From a virus (Duplodnaviria; Heunggongvirae; Uroviricota; Caudoviricetes), in IMG/VR virus record IMGVR_UViG_2711768167_000011, positions 1 through 15,286 of that record: 15,286 nucleotides of DNA. One strand, 5' to 3'. Within the stretch, counting starts at the first letter, position 1. Each line of letters opens with the position of its first letter. Under the pieces are notes generated by a model. The model was given only the letters and a program-made list of their open reading frames with translations, was not told the DNA's origin and did not search any database. Below are positions 1 to 7,436 of this stretch, piece by piece. A program made the translations under genes and the position numbers.

Positions 1-141
1 CATTACGTGGGTAGGATCAATTTTCCTGATGACCCCATCGACATAGTATTTTTTCAAAGCAAGAATTGCCTTCTCGCTATGTATTCCTGATAGCTTGATC
101 AGGATATCAAAGTCTCTTTCAGATATATTCCCCTTTGTCAT
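1..141 (-). CDS. hypothetical protein, N-terminal fragment (gene continues past the left window edge)
   Basis: ATG at 141..139 with GGAG (rc of 148..151) 6 nt upstream; frame open for 47 codons to the window edge (MTKGNISERDFDILIKLSG...). Absent from the ORF track because truncated. Confidence 0.35.
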   Translation of the reverse strand, partial: MTKGNISERDFDILIKLSGIHSEKAILALKKYYVDGVIRKIDPTHVM

Positions 142-710
142 GTGTCACTCCATGAATCAAATTTCATAGTAATCAATCTTTCTTTGATCGACTTATAGAT
201 AATAAGATCAGAAATGATAAAAAAGTAACGCATATTTCTTCTCGTCATGTCTACTTATAAAATTCAAATGAACTAACCTGAACTACTTACACTGGAATAT
301 CATTATATTGGAATAATTATAAAACTGAACAAAATGGTCAATGTAATCTGGTTAATTTATAAATATTTACATTGCGTGATGATATTTAATTCCAGTGTTA
401 AGTAATGTCACATGCCTATTATTGGTTACTACTTTGTAGGTGTTTTGGTTCGGCGTTAATATCATTGGTCATAATCACCTGTGAAAGTTTATTCTTGAAA
501 TGTTATAGGTATATTACTTGCAATTAAAAATGAGAAATTTATTATTATTGTGTTTTGCAAATATAATAATTAAAAATTTATTATAAATTATGATTAGAAT
601 TGACAATATAAAAGAATAATAAAACTCAATATGAAAATAATTATCATCTGGTTTGATACTTTTGCTGTTGATTACAGGAATAAAGTGTCAGAATAATATT
701 GTTATTGGGT

Positions 711-738
711 AAAAAAAGCCTCCACTATATGTGGAGGC
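711..738 (-). terminator. rho-independent terminator-like hairpin
   Basis: Perfect 8-bp stem GCCTCCAC (718..725) / GTGGAGGC (731..738), 5-nt loop, preceded on plus strand by A7 (711..717), i.e. a U7 tail on minus-strand RNA. Confidence 0.5.
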
Positions 739-1406
739 AAACCCTTAGATAGTTCTATTGAGGCAAGTATGTTATAAATCTGCCTTATCTTTTATAGCAT
801 ATAAAGATATGTATGCTATATTTTTTTTGAAGAAATTTTTCCAGAAATTACAGTAATACAAGAAATATTAACTGGTGTGATTTTTGGATGTTTAATAAGT
901 ACAGTGTACTTATATTTTTGTAATAAAGATGAACGCGTCCTTTAGATAAACTGAAAAATATTAAGCATGTCTCATGTGGTTTTCTGAATCAAAACTCTTT
1001 TCAGTCTTTGATTTTTTGTTAAAAACAGGTTTATTGCAAGGGTGTTGTTGTGAAATGTGTTTTGGTGTCGTTGTGATTTTATGGTGATAATGTGAATTTT
1101 TATCCTTTCAAGATGGCTCCCTGGACGTTAAATACAGTGGAAATTTATATTAAGATATAAATATAACTATTGCGTTATTTAAATTATTGTCTATTACAGC
1201 TCCAGTTAATAGAGCCTGAAGTAATTTCTTAGTATTTCATCATAAGCGTTTATCTATCGTCTCTTTCTAAATTAACCGGTCGTATTACAAGGTGCTGAAT
1301 CTGATTAAGGAATGATACTTAGGGGATTATGGCTGACTTAATAATTAGATAACTGATAAATGACTATCAGGGGGATATCGTTAAGTCAGCCTTTAAAATC
1401 AAGCGA

Positions 1407-2597
1407 TTATATAGCTGGTGACTCTTTTCGAAGAGCATCAAGGTAGTCAGCGTACCATTGCATCATTTCTCGTCTTCCTTCAAGGTAACGAGCATGGTTG
1501 TATGTACCACGAATGCTGTTTTTGTCCGTATGTGCAAGTTGCATTTCAATCCATGCACTATTGAATCCTTGCTCGTGTAGAACAGTACTCATTGTATGAC
1601 GAAATCCATGCCCGGTAGCTTTTTTGTCATAGCCAATCTTCTTCAAAACCATATTGACGCTTGCATCGCTGATAGGCCTGTTAACATCATTTCTTCCGGC
1701 AAAGATGTATCTGTATCTTCCAGTCAGTTCTTTGAGGATTTGCAGAGACTGGATTGCCTGATCTGACAGAGGGACGATATGCTCCTTCCTCATTTTCATC
1801 CGGGTCGGAGGAACTTCCCATATCTTTTGGGTAAAATCGATCTCACACCATTCCCCCATACGTAATTCTACTGTTCTCAGCCCTGTGAGCATCAACAATT
1901 TTGTAGCTTCACGGGTTACAATACTGCCGGTGTAGTTTTCGAGTTTGTATAAAAACTCTGGTAGTTCAGGAGGAAGCAGGAAAGGGTAATGTGTTCGCTT
2001 ATAGCTTTTCATTGCTATAACCAGATCAGAAGCTGGATTGTATCGTGCCCGACCTGTAACAATGGCATACCGAAACACTTCACCACATCGTTGGCGAACT
2101 TTATTAGCTAGCTCGCAGGCTCCTCGGCTTTCGATACGCTGAAGAACTGCGAGAAGTTCAAGAGGTTCGATTTCACTAATGGGTCTGTTTCCAATGTAGG
2201 GAAACACATTATTTTTGAATGCTCTGTCGACATAATCAGCGTAGCTGGCAGACCAGCCTGAAACTTTTGCGTTGTACCACTCGGTGGCGATTGCGGCAAA
2301 AGTTCTTCCTTCGGAAAGGTTTTTCTCAAGATTTTCAGCTTTCTTGACTTCACCGGGATCTTTACCATCGGCATGTATTTTCTTGGCTTCATCCCGACGT
2401 TTGCGAGCTTCAGCCAATGTAATAGTTGGATAGGTGCCAAATGATAGTTTCTTTTCCTTCCCCGCATAGTGGTACTTCATTCGCCAGTACTTTGAGCCGT
2501 TAGGATTGACCTGAAGGTAGAGCCCACCACCATCGGCAATCTTATAAATTTTATCTTTGGGTTTGGCTGTTTCAACTTGTCGAGCTGTCAGTGGCAT
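1407..2597 (-). CDS. P4-type tyrosine integrase (396 aa)
   Basis: ORF-track 405-aa ORF; preferred start is ATG at 2597 (MPLTARQVETAKPKDK...) with GAGG 7 nt upstream, since the track start at 2624 is TTG. P4-Int-like N-terminus (KP.DK...DGGGLYL.V.P.GSK.WR) and C-terminal catalytic signature GHGFRHT ... RGTYNHARY. Confidence 0.9.
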   Translation of the reverse strand: MPLTARQVETAKPKDKIYKIADGGGLYLQVNPNGSKYWRMKYHYAGKEKKLSFGTYPTITLAEARKRRDEAKKIHADGKDPGEVKKAENLEKNLSEGRTFAAIATEWYNAKVSGWSASYADYVDRAFKNNVFPYIGNRPISEIEPLELLAVLQRIESRGACELANKVRQRCGEVFRYAIVTGRARYNPASDLVIAMKSYKRTHYPFLLPPELPEFLYKLENYTGSIVTREATKLLMLTGLRTVELRMGEWCEIDFTQKIWEVPPTRMKMRKEHIVPLSDQAIQSLQILKELTGRYRYIFAGRNDVNRPISDASVNMVLKKIGYDKKATGHGFRHTMSTVLHEQGFNSAWIEMQLAHTDKNSIRGTYNHARYLEGRREMMQWYADYLDALRKESPAI

Positions 2598-2940
2598 CTG
2601 GGGGCCTCGCAATAGATTGACCAAGATGTGCCCCTAAATAGGCCCCCAAATGTGACTTGATTTACGTTCCCCTGAGGAGAATTAAGGCGACTATTTGAGT
2701 AACATAAGTAAGGGTATGTGCTGATTATAAAGGCTTTTTGTGGGGTATGGTAGATTTCAGGAGAGGTGTGCATGGTGTCCCTGCAGAAATCATCTTAATT
2801 ATTATTATGTTGATTTATATGTAGTTTATTTTTGATTTTTTGTTTTTGTACCCGTTTTGTGCCCGTTTTATTCGATTCCCAATTTAAACTTCGATTCTAG
2901 AAAGGTGAGTAGGGGAGGTTGTCATTTCATGTATCATTAT

Positions 2941-2984
2941 TGTAGACACAGAATAATTACTCGCCTATCCTCACTGTAGACACA
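2941..2984 (+). promoter_or_regulatory. direct repeats upstream of the toxin-antitoxin operon (putative operator)
   Basis: Perfect 10-bp direct repeat TGTAGACACA at 2941..2950 and 2975..2984, 25-60 bp upstream of the antitoxin start; AGGAG at 2996..3000. Confidence 0.3.
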
Positions 2985-3008
2985 CAATAGATACAGGAGT
3001 TAACCCAC

Positions 3009-3257
3009 ATGCGCACACAGGTTGTATTGCAAAAATGGGGTAATAGCATTGCCCTTCGACTAACGGGAAACCTTAAAACCGTTCCGGGGTTTTCAGTGGG
3101 TGATATCGTCAACGTTGAAATTAGTGAAAAGGGGCTTTTTGTAGAAAAGCCTGCACGCCGTCGCCTGAGTGAAGCCGAATTACTCGCCGGGATAACGCCA
3201 GTTACAGCGCACGCGGACGAAATTGCCACCCCATTCAATGAGGAGGTTGATTACTGA
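3009..3257 (+). CDS. MazE/PemI/ChpS-family antitoxin (AbrB/SpoVT-type fold), 82 aa
   Basis: N-terminal KWGNSIALRL motif and C-terminal LAELLAGITP...EEV, resembling MazE as recalled; stop overlaps next start (TGATG at 3255..3259). Confidence 0.85.
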   Translation: MRTQVVLQKWGNSIALRLTGNLKTVPGFSVGDIVNVEISEKGLFVEKPARRRLSEAELLAGITPVTAHADEIATPFNEEVDY

Positions 3258-3601
3258 TGTTTGTACCTAAGCGTGGTGATATTTGCTGGCTGGATTTTGA
3301 GCCGCAGAAAGGAAAAGAGAGCGGAAAGTATCGCCCGGCACTCATACTATCCCATGAGCAATATAACCGACTCACCGGGCTTGTCATATGCTGCCCCATA
3401 AGTACGAGCATACGAAATGCTCCCACAGAAGTTCCGGTAACAAATCTGGACGCCCCCAGCGTGGTAGCAACCACACTCATTCAAACCCTTGACTGGCGTC
3501 AGCGGAAAGCGCGCTTAATCACAGAGGCAGAAGATGGGGTATTTAATGATGTGCTTGAAAGAGTCATTACCCTGATTGGTGGAGAGCATCTGCTTAAGTA
3601 A
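3257..3601 (+). CDS. MazF/PemK-family toxin (endoribonuclease family), 114 aa
   Basis: GDICWLDFEP...GKYRPALILS...LVICCPISTS pattern typical of the PemK/MazF family; translationally coupled to the upstream antitoxin. Confidence 0.85.
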   Translation: MFVPKRGDICWLDFEPQKGKESGKYRPALILSHEQYNRLTGLVICCPISTSIRNAPTEVPVTNLDAPSVVATTLIQTLDWRQRKARLITEAEDGVFNDVLERVITLIGGEHLLK

Positions 3602-3604
3602 AAG

Positions 3605-3622
3605 GAGGGCTGAGAAGCCCTC
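3605..3622. other. intergenic hairpin between convergent genes (weak terminator candidate)
   Basis: 7-bp stem GAGGGCT (3605..3611) / AGCCCTC (3616..3622), 4-nt loop; lies between the toxin stop (3601) and the stop of the convergent 423-aa gene (3645). No clean U-tract on either strand. Confidence 0.25.
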
Positions 3623-3644
3623 AACGTTACCAGAAATTTCCTTG

Positions 3645-4916
3645 CTATTCTTTCCAGTCAATCCCATCCAGTAAGCACCCTGCCTCATATTGCCCAACAA
3701 CCCAGTCAAGATTGCAGGACTCATAGAAAGCGAGGCGATTATACTGTGGCTCGTTTTTTACCAGACCACGAACGGAGCCGCGTTGCCAGTACAGGCACAG
3801 ATTGGCAAGAGGTGTGATCAGCACAGCATTGTCCGGGAAAAATGGAACGGTCACAGCCGGAAGATTCCCCAGCACGGGCTTTTTAATGATTTCCTCGTTA
3901 AGCAAAATTTCCTGATTCATCTGCGATGGATCAAGACGGTTTATCAAAGGCCATTGTTTACGGACCAGAGTATTGTGACTGCATACGGCCACAATGCCTT
4001 CCTGCCACTGTTCATCAATCATGGATTGCCAGGCATCCAGAACAAGTGCATCTATTGTATGGTGTGTACCGCGTGTATTGCTTGTCGGCGATGAAACAGA
4101 AAGACCGCTGATAACCCTTCCCGCTGCTTCGTTTCGAAACTTCTGCAACCATCCGACGCCGCAATCGTCACGGCCCGGATATGTTTCAGGATCAGATTGA
4201 TCGGCATAGTGTGTGCCGTTAAAACCAATCTGAATTAAATCCAGCCATTTCCGGCGTTCAAAAGCGGCACGGGCGCTTCCTTCAAGACCATTTGCGGACG
4301 CGTGAGCATCGACATTGTCGTAGCTCAACGCAAAATCAAAATTAACCTGCTCGCAGCGGTAGCCTCTTGAAACCAGTGAATGCGCCTGTAGTGGCGAACG
4401 GCGCTCGTGAGGTGGCGATGTACGTGCCAACGGCCCCGAAGCGTCTACCAGCACAACCTGACCTGATATATCCGTAACAGGCACGGGGGTTATTTCAGCA
4501 AGGAAATTTGCCTGCCATCCACTGGCAAGCGTTGCACTCTGGCGGGGAACGGGTTCAACTTCTGACGAATAGCGCGCAGTATCACCGGAAAAGTGCAAAT
4601 CCTTCGGATGTTTTCCGGTTATCGACTCGATAGCGCAATTGAAAACCATCTGAGACTGTTGATTTCGTTGTGATACAACATAATCAGCAGTGCAATTATA
4701 ACACTCAATGCCGTCGTTATTACCCCCACCGCTTGCAGTATGCAGGGTGTGAAGCTCAAGCTCACGCTCCAGTTTTTGATATTCATTGTCCAGCGCGCGA
4801 CGCGTCTCATCGCTTATGCTTGCTGTGTTTGCTTTCAGGCGATTCCGGGACATTAACTCCCTGAGTCGGCTCACTATATCAGCGCCGTGCAAATGTGAAA
4901 TATTCAGACCGCCCAT
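3645..4916 (-). CDS. hypothetical protein B (423 aa), downstream gene of the two-gene operon
   Basis: ATG at 4916..4914 overlaps the upstream gene stop (TAATG); corresponds to Met48 of the 470-aa ORF-track entry. Long uninterrupted frame; no Walker A, HNH or PP-loop consensus seen by eye. Confidence 0.7.
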   Translation of the reverse strand: MGGLNISHLHGADIVSRLRELMSRNRLKANTASISDETRRALDNEYQKLERELELHTLHTASGGGNNDGIECYNCTADYVVSQRNQQSQMVFNCAIESITGKHPKDLHFSGDTARYSSEVEPVPRQSATLASGWQANFLAEITPVPVTDISGQVVLVDASGPLARTSPPHERRSPLQAHSLVSRGYRCEQVNFDFALSYDNVDAHASANGLEGSARAAFERRKWLDLIQIGFNGTHYADQSDPETYPGRDDCGVGWLQKFRNEAAGRVISGLSVSSPTSNTRGTHHTIDALVLDAWQSMIDEQWQEGIVAVCSHNTLVRKQWPLINRLDPSQMNQEILLNEEIIKKPVLGNLPAVTVPFFPDNAVLITPLANLCLYWQRGSVRGLVKNEPQYNRLAFYESCNLDWVVGQYEAGCLLDGIDWKE

Positions 4917-5626
4917 TACTGCCACCCCCGGCAGAGTTCTCTGCCCTCCGCAAGGTCGCGCATTTTTTCTGGATTCTGTCGCGCCGCGCTCCATTGTACA
5001 GGTGAAGGGGCGTTCCTGATTGCGTGGCTTACCGAATCCGGCAGTTTCTCCGGGCAATAACGAAGCGGATTGGAGGCATCGCTCTCAATATCGTTAATCC
5101 GGCCGCGAATCAGCCTGACACTTTCAACAATATCTGCCACTTTCAGTGTTTCACATATTTTCTTTTCTGCGTTATACAGCGGCTGGCCAAGCAGCTCACA
5201 TAAACCACGAATCAATAACAGAGCAGGGATCAGCTCGTTAATCAGTCCGGGAAGTGCTTTTGCAAATATCTCTGCCCGCAACTTATTATCAATGCTTTCG
5301 TAAGCACAGCCAGCCTCTGCCGCGTTATAACGACACTCCAGTAACATGATGCGCGCCTCATCATGCAATACCCGCAGACGCTCAAGATTTTCTCGCGCCA
5401 CACCCGCCTGAATGGATAATTTTGCGGAGGCTTCCGTTTTTGCGCCCAGCGCAGACAGGATTGAGTTCTGCCAGTCACGATCGAGAGACTCCAGCTCCCC
5501 TTTCGTCTGTTCGATAGTCGCTTCCAGATTGGTGATTAATGATTCCTGTTCGCTGAGTTTTGCGCTGGCCGTATCAAACTGTGCTTTACATGCCTGATGC
5601 TTGGCGCTTGCCTGAGTTATATCCAT
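4916..5626 (-). CDS. hypothetical protein A (236 aa), predicted helical/coiled-coil N-terminal half
   Basis: ATG at 5626..5624 with AGGAG 6 nt upstream (rc of 5633..5637); heptad-like charged/hydrophobic N-terminus (LSEQESLITNLEATIEQTKGELESLDRDW); stop TAA at 4918..4916 overlaps the start of gene B. Confidence 0.7.
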   Translation of the reverse strand: MDITQASAKHQACKAQFDTASAKLSEQESLITNLEATIEQTKGELESLDRDWQNSILSALGAKTEASAKLSIQAGVARENLERLRVLHDEARIMLLECRYNAAEAGCAYESIDNKLRAEIFAKALPGLINELIPALLLIRGLCELLGQPLYNAEKKICETLKVADIVESVRLIRGRINDIESDASNPLRYCPEKLPDSVSHAIRNAPSPVQWSAARQNPEKMRDLAEGRELCRGWQ

Positions 5627-5676
5627 TGTTTGCTCCTGTAATACATTTTTTACTTACGCGGATTTTTTCCATATTG

Positions 5677-5735
5677 CGTAATACATTCCAGCCGATTTTG
5701 TTCTCGTAATACGCTCACAATACTGTTGTATTACG
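5677..5735. promoter_or_regulatory. divergent promoter/operator region with GTATTACG-family repeats
   Basis: CGTAATAC at 5677..5684 and 5705..5712, GTATTACG at 5728..5735; the last two form a perfect 8-bp inverted repeat with a 15-bp spacer. Sits between the start of gene A (5626, minus) and the small plus-strand gene (5791). Confidence 0.4.
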
Positions 5736-5790
5736 CTTTCTTATATCGCGGGTGTTAAATCCAGGCATAAGCAATCAGGGAGGCAACACG

Positions 5791-6024
5791 ATGAAAAAAC
5801 AAAAGAAAATGCGATACGTATTACGCTGTATTCGTATCCCGCACGAAATCGACCATAAAATAAATCAGATATGTGAGGACAGAGAGATGAACTACTCCCA
5901 GTGCGTCAGAATGTTTATCAGTCAGGGAATTAAGGCCGGGGAAACGCAGGAAGAAGACCGCAACGGGCGCAATGTAGCGGGGGATGTGTGGGCCTGGGCA
6001 AATGACCAGAACTACACGACGTAA
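5791..6024 (+). CDS. small DNA-binding-like protein (77 aa), possible ribbon-helix-helix regulator
   Basis: ATG at 5791 with GGGAGG (5777..5782) upstream; the ORF-track start at 5752 is GTG without an SD. Predicted beta-strand then helices (MRYVLRCIRIPHEIDHKINQICEDRE...), judged by eye only. Confidence 0.5.
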   Translation: MKKQKKMRYVLRCIRIPHEIDHKINQICEDREMNYSQCVRMFISQGIKAGETQEEDRNGRNVAGDVWAWANDQNYTT

Positions 6025-6074
6025 TACAGAAATAACGTAGCCGGTTACACTCGCTGGCTGTGTTATACAAATCA

Positions 6075-6257
6075 CTATGAAGTTTTCAACTTCCTGCGCT
6101 TAGTGATGCGTACAAACGACTCAAGCGTACAAAAACAAGCCCCACACTCAATATTATTGCACTGGTAATACGTTTTGTAGATGTTTTGTTCGTGTTCTTC
6201 CAACGAACGACTACGGGTTCGGGTTGAAGCGCCACAGGCCGGGCAAGGGAAAGACAT
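6075..6257 (-). CDS. Ogr/Delta-family zinc-finger transcriptional activator (60 aa)
   Basis: Four-Cys pattern CPACG...(22 aa)...CNNIECGACF with the conserved YYQCNN-type core of P2 Ogr / P4 Delta as recalled; ATG at 6257 with AGGAG 8 nt upstream. Confidence 0.7.
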   Translation of the reverse strand: MSFPCPACGASTRTRSRSLEEHEQNIYKTYYQCNNIECGACFCTLESFVRITKRRKLKTS

Positions 6258-6618
6258 ATCACGCTCCTCTTACTGGTGTGAAATTTGACCTATTATATCT
6301 TCTGCCGCCCCCTCTGGCTGTATCAAATAAACCCGCAGCAGTCGCCGCGTATTACGCACGGACGCACCGTTCCCATGCTCACTCGTCACATTCCCCGTAT
6401 CAGTTCTCTCTTACCGTAAGAACGGCTCTGGCTGGCGATAAAACTAACCCGGTCGGGCATTCCCGCAGTCTTTAGAGAAAATGTAATTTACCCCCTGAAA
6501 CGCGGGCTGTTCCCCCGTCACCTGCGCGCGAAAAACTCACCGTTTTTTGTGCACGCACGAAATCGCCCTCCGGGTGCGCCAGTACTGGGCTGGATGGGCA
6601 AAAAGTTACTCTAAAAAA

Positions 6619-6645
6619 TTGTGCAAATTTGTGCACTTTTGTGCA
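6619..6645. promoter_or_regulatory. three phased TTGTGCA direct repeats (putative operator or activator site)
   Basis: TTGTGCA at 6619, 6629 and 6639, exactly 10 bp apart; a fourth copy at 6547..6553. Confidence 0.3.
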
Positions 6646-6871
6646 GATGAACAATAGCGTGAAAAAGAGTGCTTTTGAGAGATTTTTTATGGCAACTGCG
6701 CCGCGTGTATTACGTTTTTTACCATCCCCGCCGCGCATGTACATACTTCATTTTTCTGCCAGACAACAGGGCAACTCCCCGTGACTGACAGCCCCAAAAA
6801 ATCAATGATTGATGTTGCATTTTTGTTAAAGGTTAGACCAGTTGTTTTAGGGCTCTGCCTCATAATCCGGT

Positions 6872-7185
6872 GGGGGGTGCGCAAAGCGGTTACAACGGTT
6901 ACAACACTCAAAAACACCACTTAACAGCATGATTTTAATGGATATTGTTTGTAACCGCTTTGCGGTTACACTGCGGTTACAACGGTTACAGGTTTCAAAA
7001 AGCACTTTATTATCAATCAATTAAAAACTTAACCTGTAACCGCCTGTAACCTAACAAAACGGTTACATGTAACCGCGTTGTAACCGCTTTTGTAACTCAT
7101 CGGACCAGTTATAATATATTGATATATAATACAAAAATAAGTAATTTTAAATTTGTAACCGTTGTAACCGCTTTGCGCACCCCCC
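6872..7185. repeat. iteron array (14 copies of GGTTACA/TGTAACC) bounded by 33-bp perfect inverted repeats; candidate replication origin or recombination substrate
   Basis: IR-left 6872..6904 is the exact reverse complement of IR-right 7153..7185, extendable to 36 bp with one mismatch. GGTTACA at 6888, 6897, 6964, 6975, 6984, 7061; TGTAACC at 6950, 7035, 7045, 7068, 7079, 7154, 7163. Internal palindromes GTAACCGCTTTGCGGTTAC (6951..6969) and GGTTACATGTAACC (7061..7074). Confidence 0.6.
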
Positions 7186-7380
7186 CCCAAACTTTAGCGC
7201 GACCCTTTAAAATGTTAATTAAACTCACTTACTCTGTATCTCTCTCGTTAACTTTCTGTTATTGAAATGTATCTCTCCACTGTTTGACTCTTTCTCATAA
7301 TCAGGGGAAGCAAAAAATTGATGGCGGCACTACTGCAATATGGCCACCATTGCATTGCTGTTACCGTTGGTTCTGGCCAA

Positions 7381-7412
7381 CAAAAAAGGTCAGCGGGAAA
7401 CTGACCTCTTTT
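7381..7412 (-). terminator. rho-independent terminator downstream of the primase-integrase operon
   Basis: 7-bp stem AGGTCAG (7387..7393) / CTGACCT (7401..7407), 7-nt loop, flanked by A6 (7382..7387) and TTTT (7409..7412), so bidirectional in form; about 25 nt past the integrase stop at 7437. Confidence 0.6.
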
Positions 7413-7436
7413 GCTGTGAATGCGGCGTTCTGCGGG

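Noticed and set aside
853-1288. Additional GTAATAC/GTATTAC copies at 853 and 1282
   Set aside because: These are isolated 7-mers in very AT-rich DNA where chance occurrence is likely; they lack the extended CGTATTACG(C) context of the 5677..6714 cluster.
2108-2467. 119-aa ORF inside the left integrase gene (same strand, other frame), and similar embedded or antisense ORFs: 2588..2773, 2957..3238, 3235..3480, 3690..4094, 4670..4864, 5242..5478, 7550..7930, 8633..8968, 9408..9629, 10400..10615
   Set aside because: All are shadows inside longer, motif-supported genes; none has an RBS or family resemblance.
2861-2900. tRNA-like TTCGATTCC T-loop-like strings (twice, 20 bp apart)
   Set aside because: No adjoining acceptor-stem complementarity, no CCA-compatible 3' end and no upstream D or anticodon arms, so not a tRNA gene. 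It could still be an att remnant, which I cannot test without flanking sequence.
4300-4330. Possible PP-loop ATPase signature in protein B (HTASGGGNNDG)
   Set aside because: The PP-loop consensus is SGGxDS; the sequence here is SGGGNNDG, which does not fit, so no enzymatic assignment is made.
4917-5057. N-terminal 47-codon extension of the 470-aa ORF-track entry, overlapping gene A in another frame
   Set aside because: No RBS at 5057. The in-frame ATG at 4916 overlaps the stop of gene A (TAATG), the classic coupling arrangement, and a 47-codon open stretch arises by chance about 10% of the time. A programmed frameshift fusing A to B cannot be fully excluded.
6224-6920. ORF-track entries 6224..6475 (+), 6472..6744 (-) and 6687..6920 (-)
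   Set aside because: Mutually overlapping, no convincing SD, low-complexity translations, and they cover the repeat-rich regulatory region.
6872-7185. CRISPR array
   Set aside because: The repeats are 7-8 bp, occur in both orientations and have irregular spacing with no spacer-like unique segments; this is an iteron or binding-site array.
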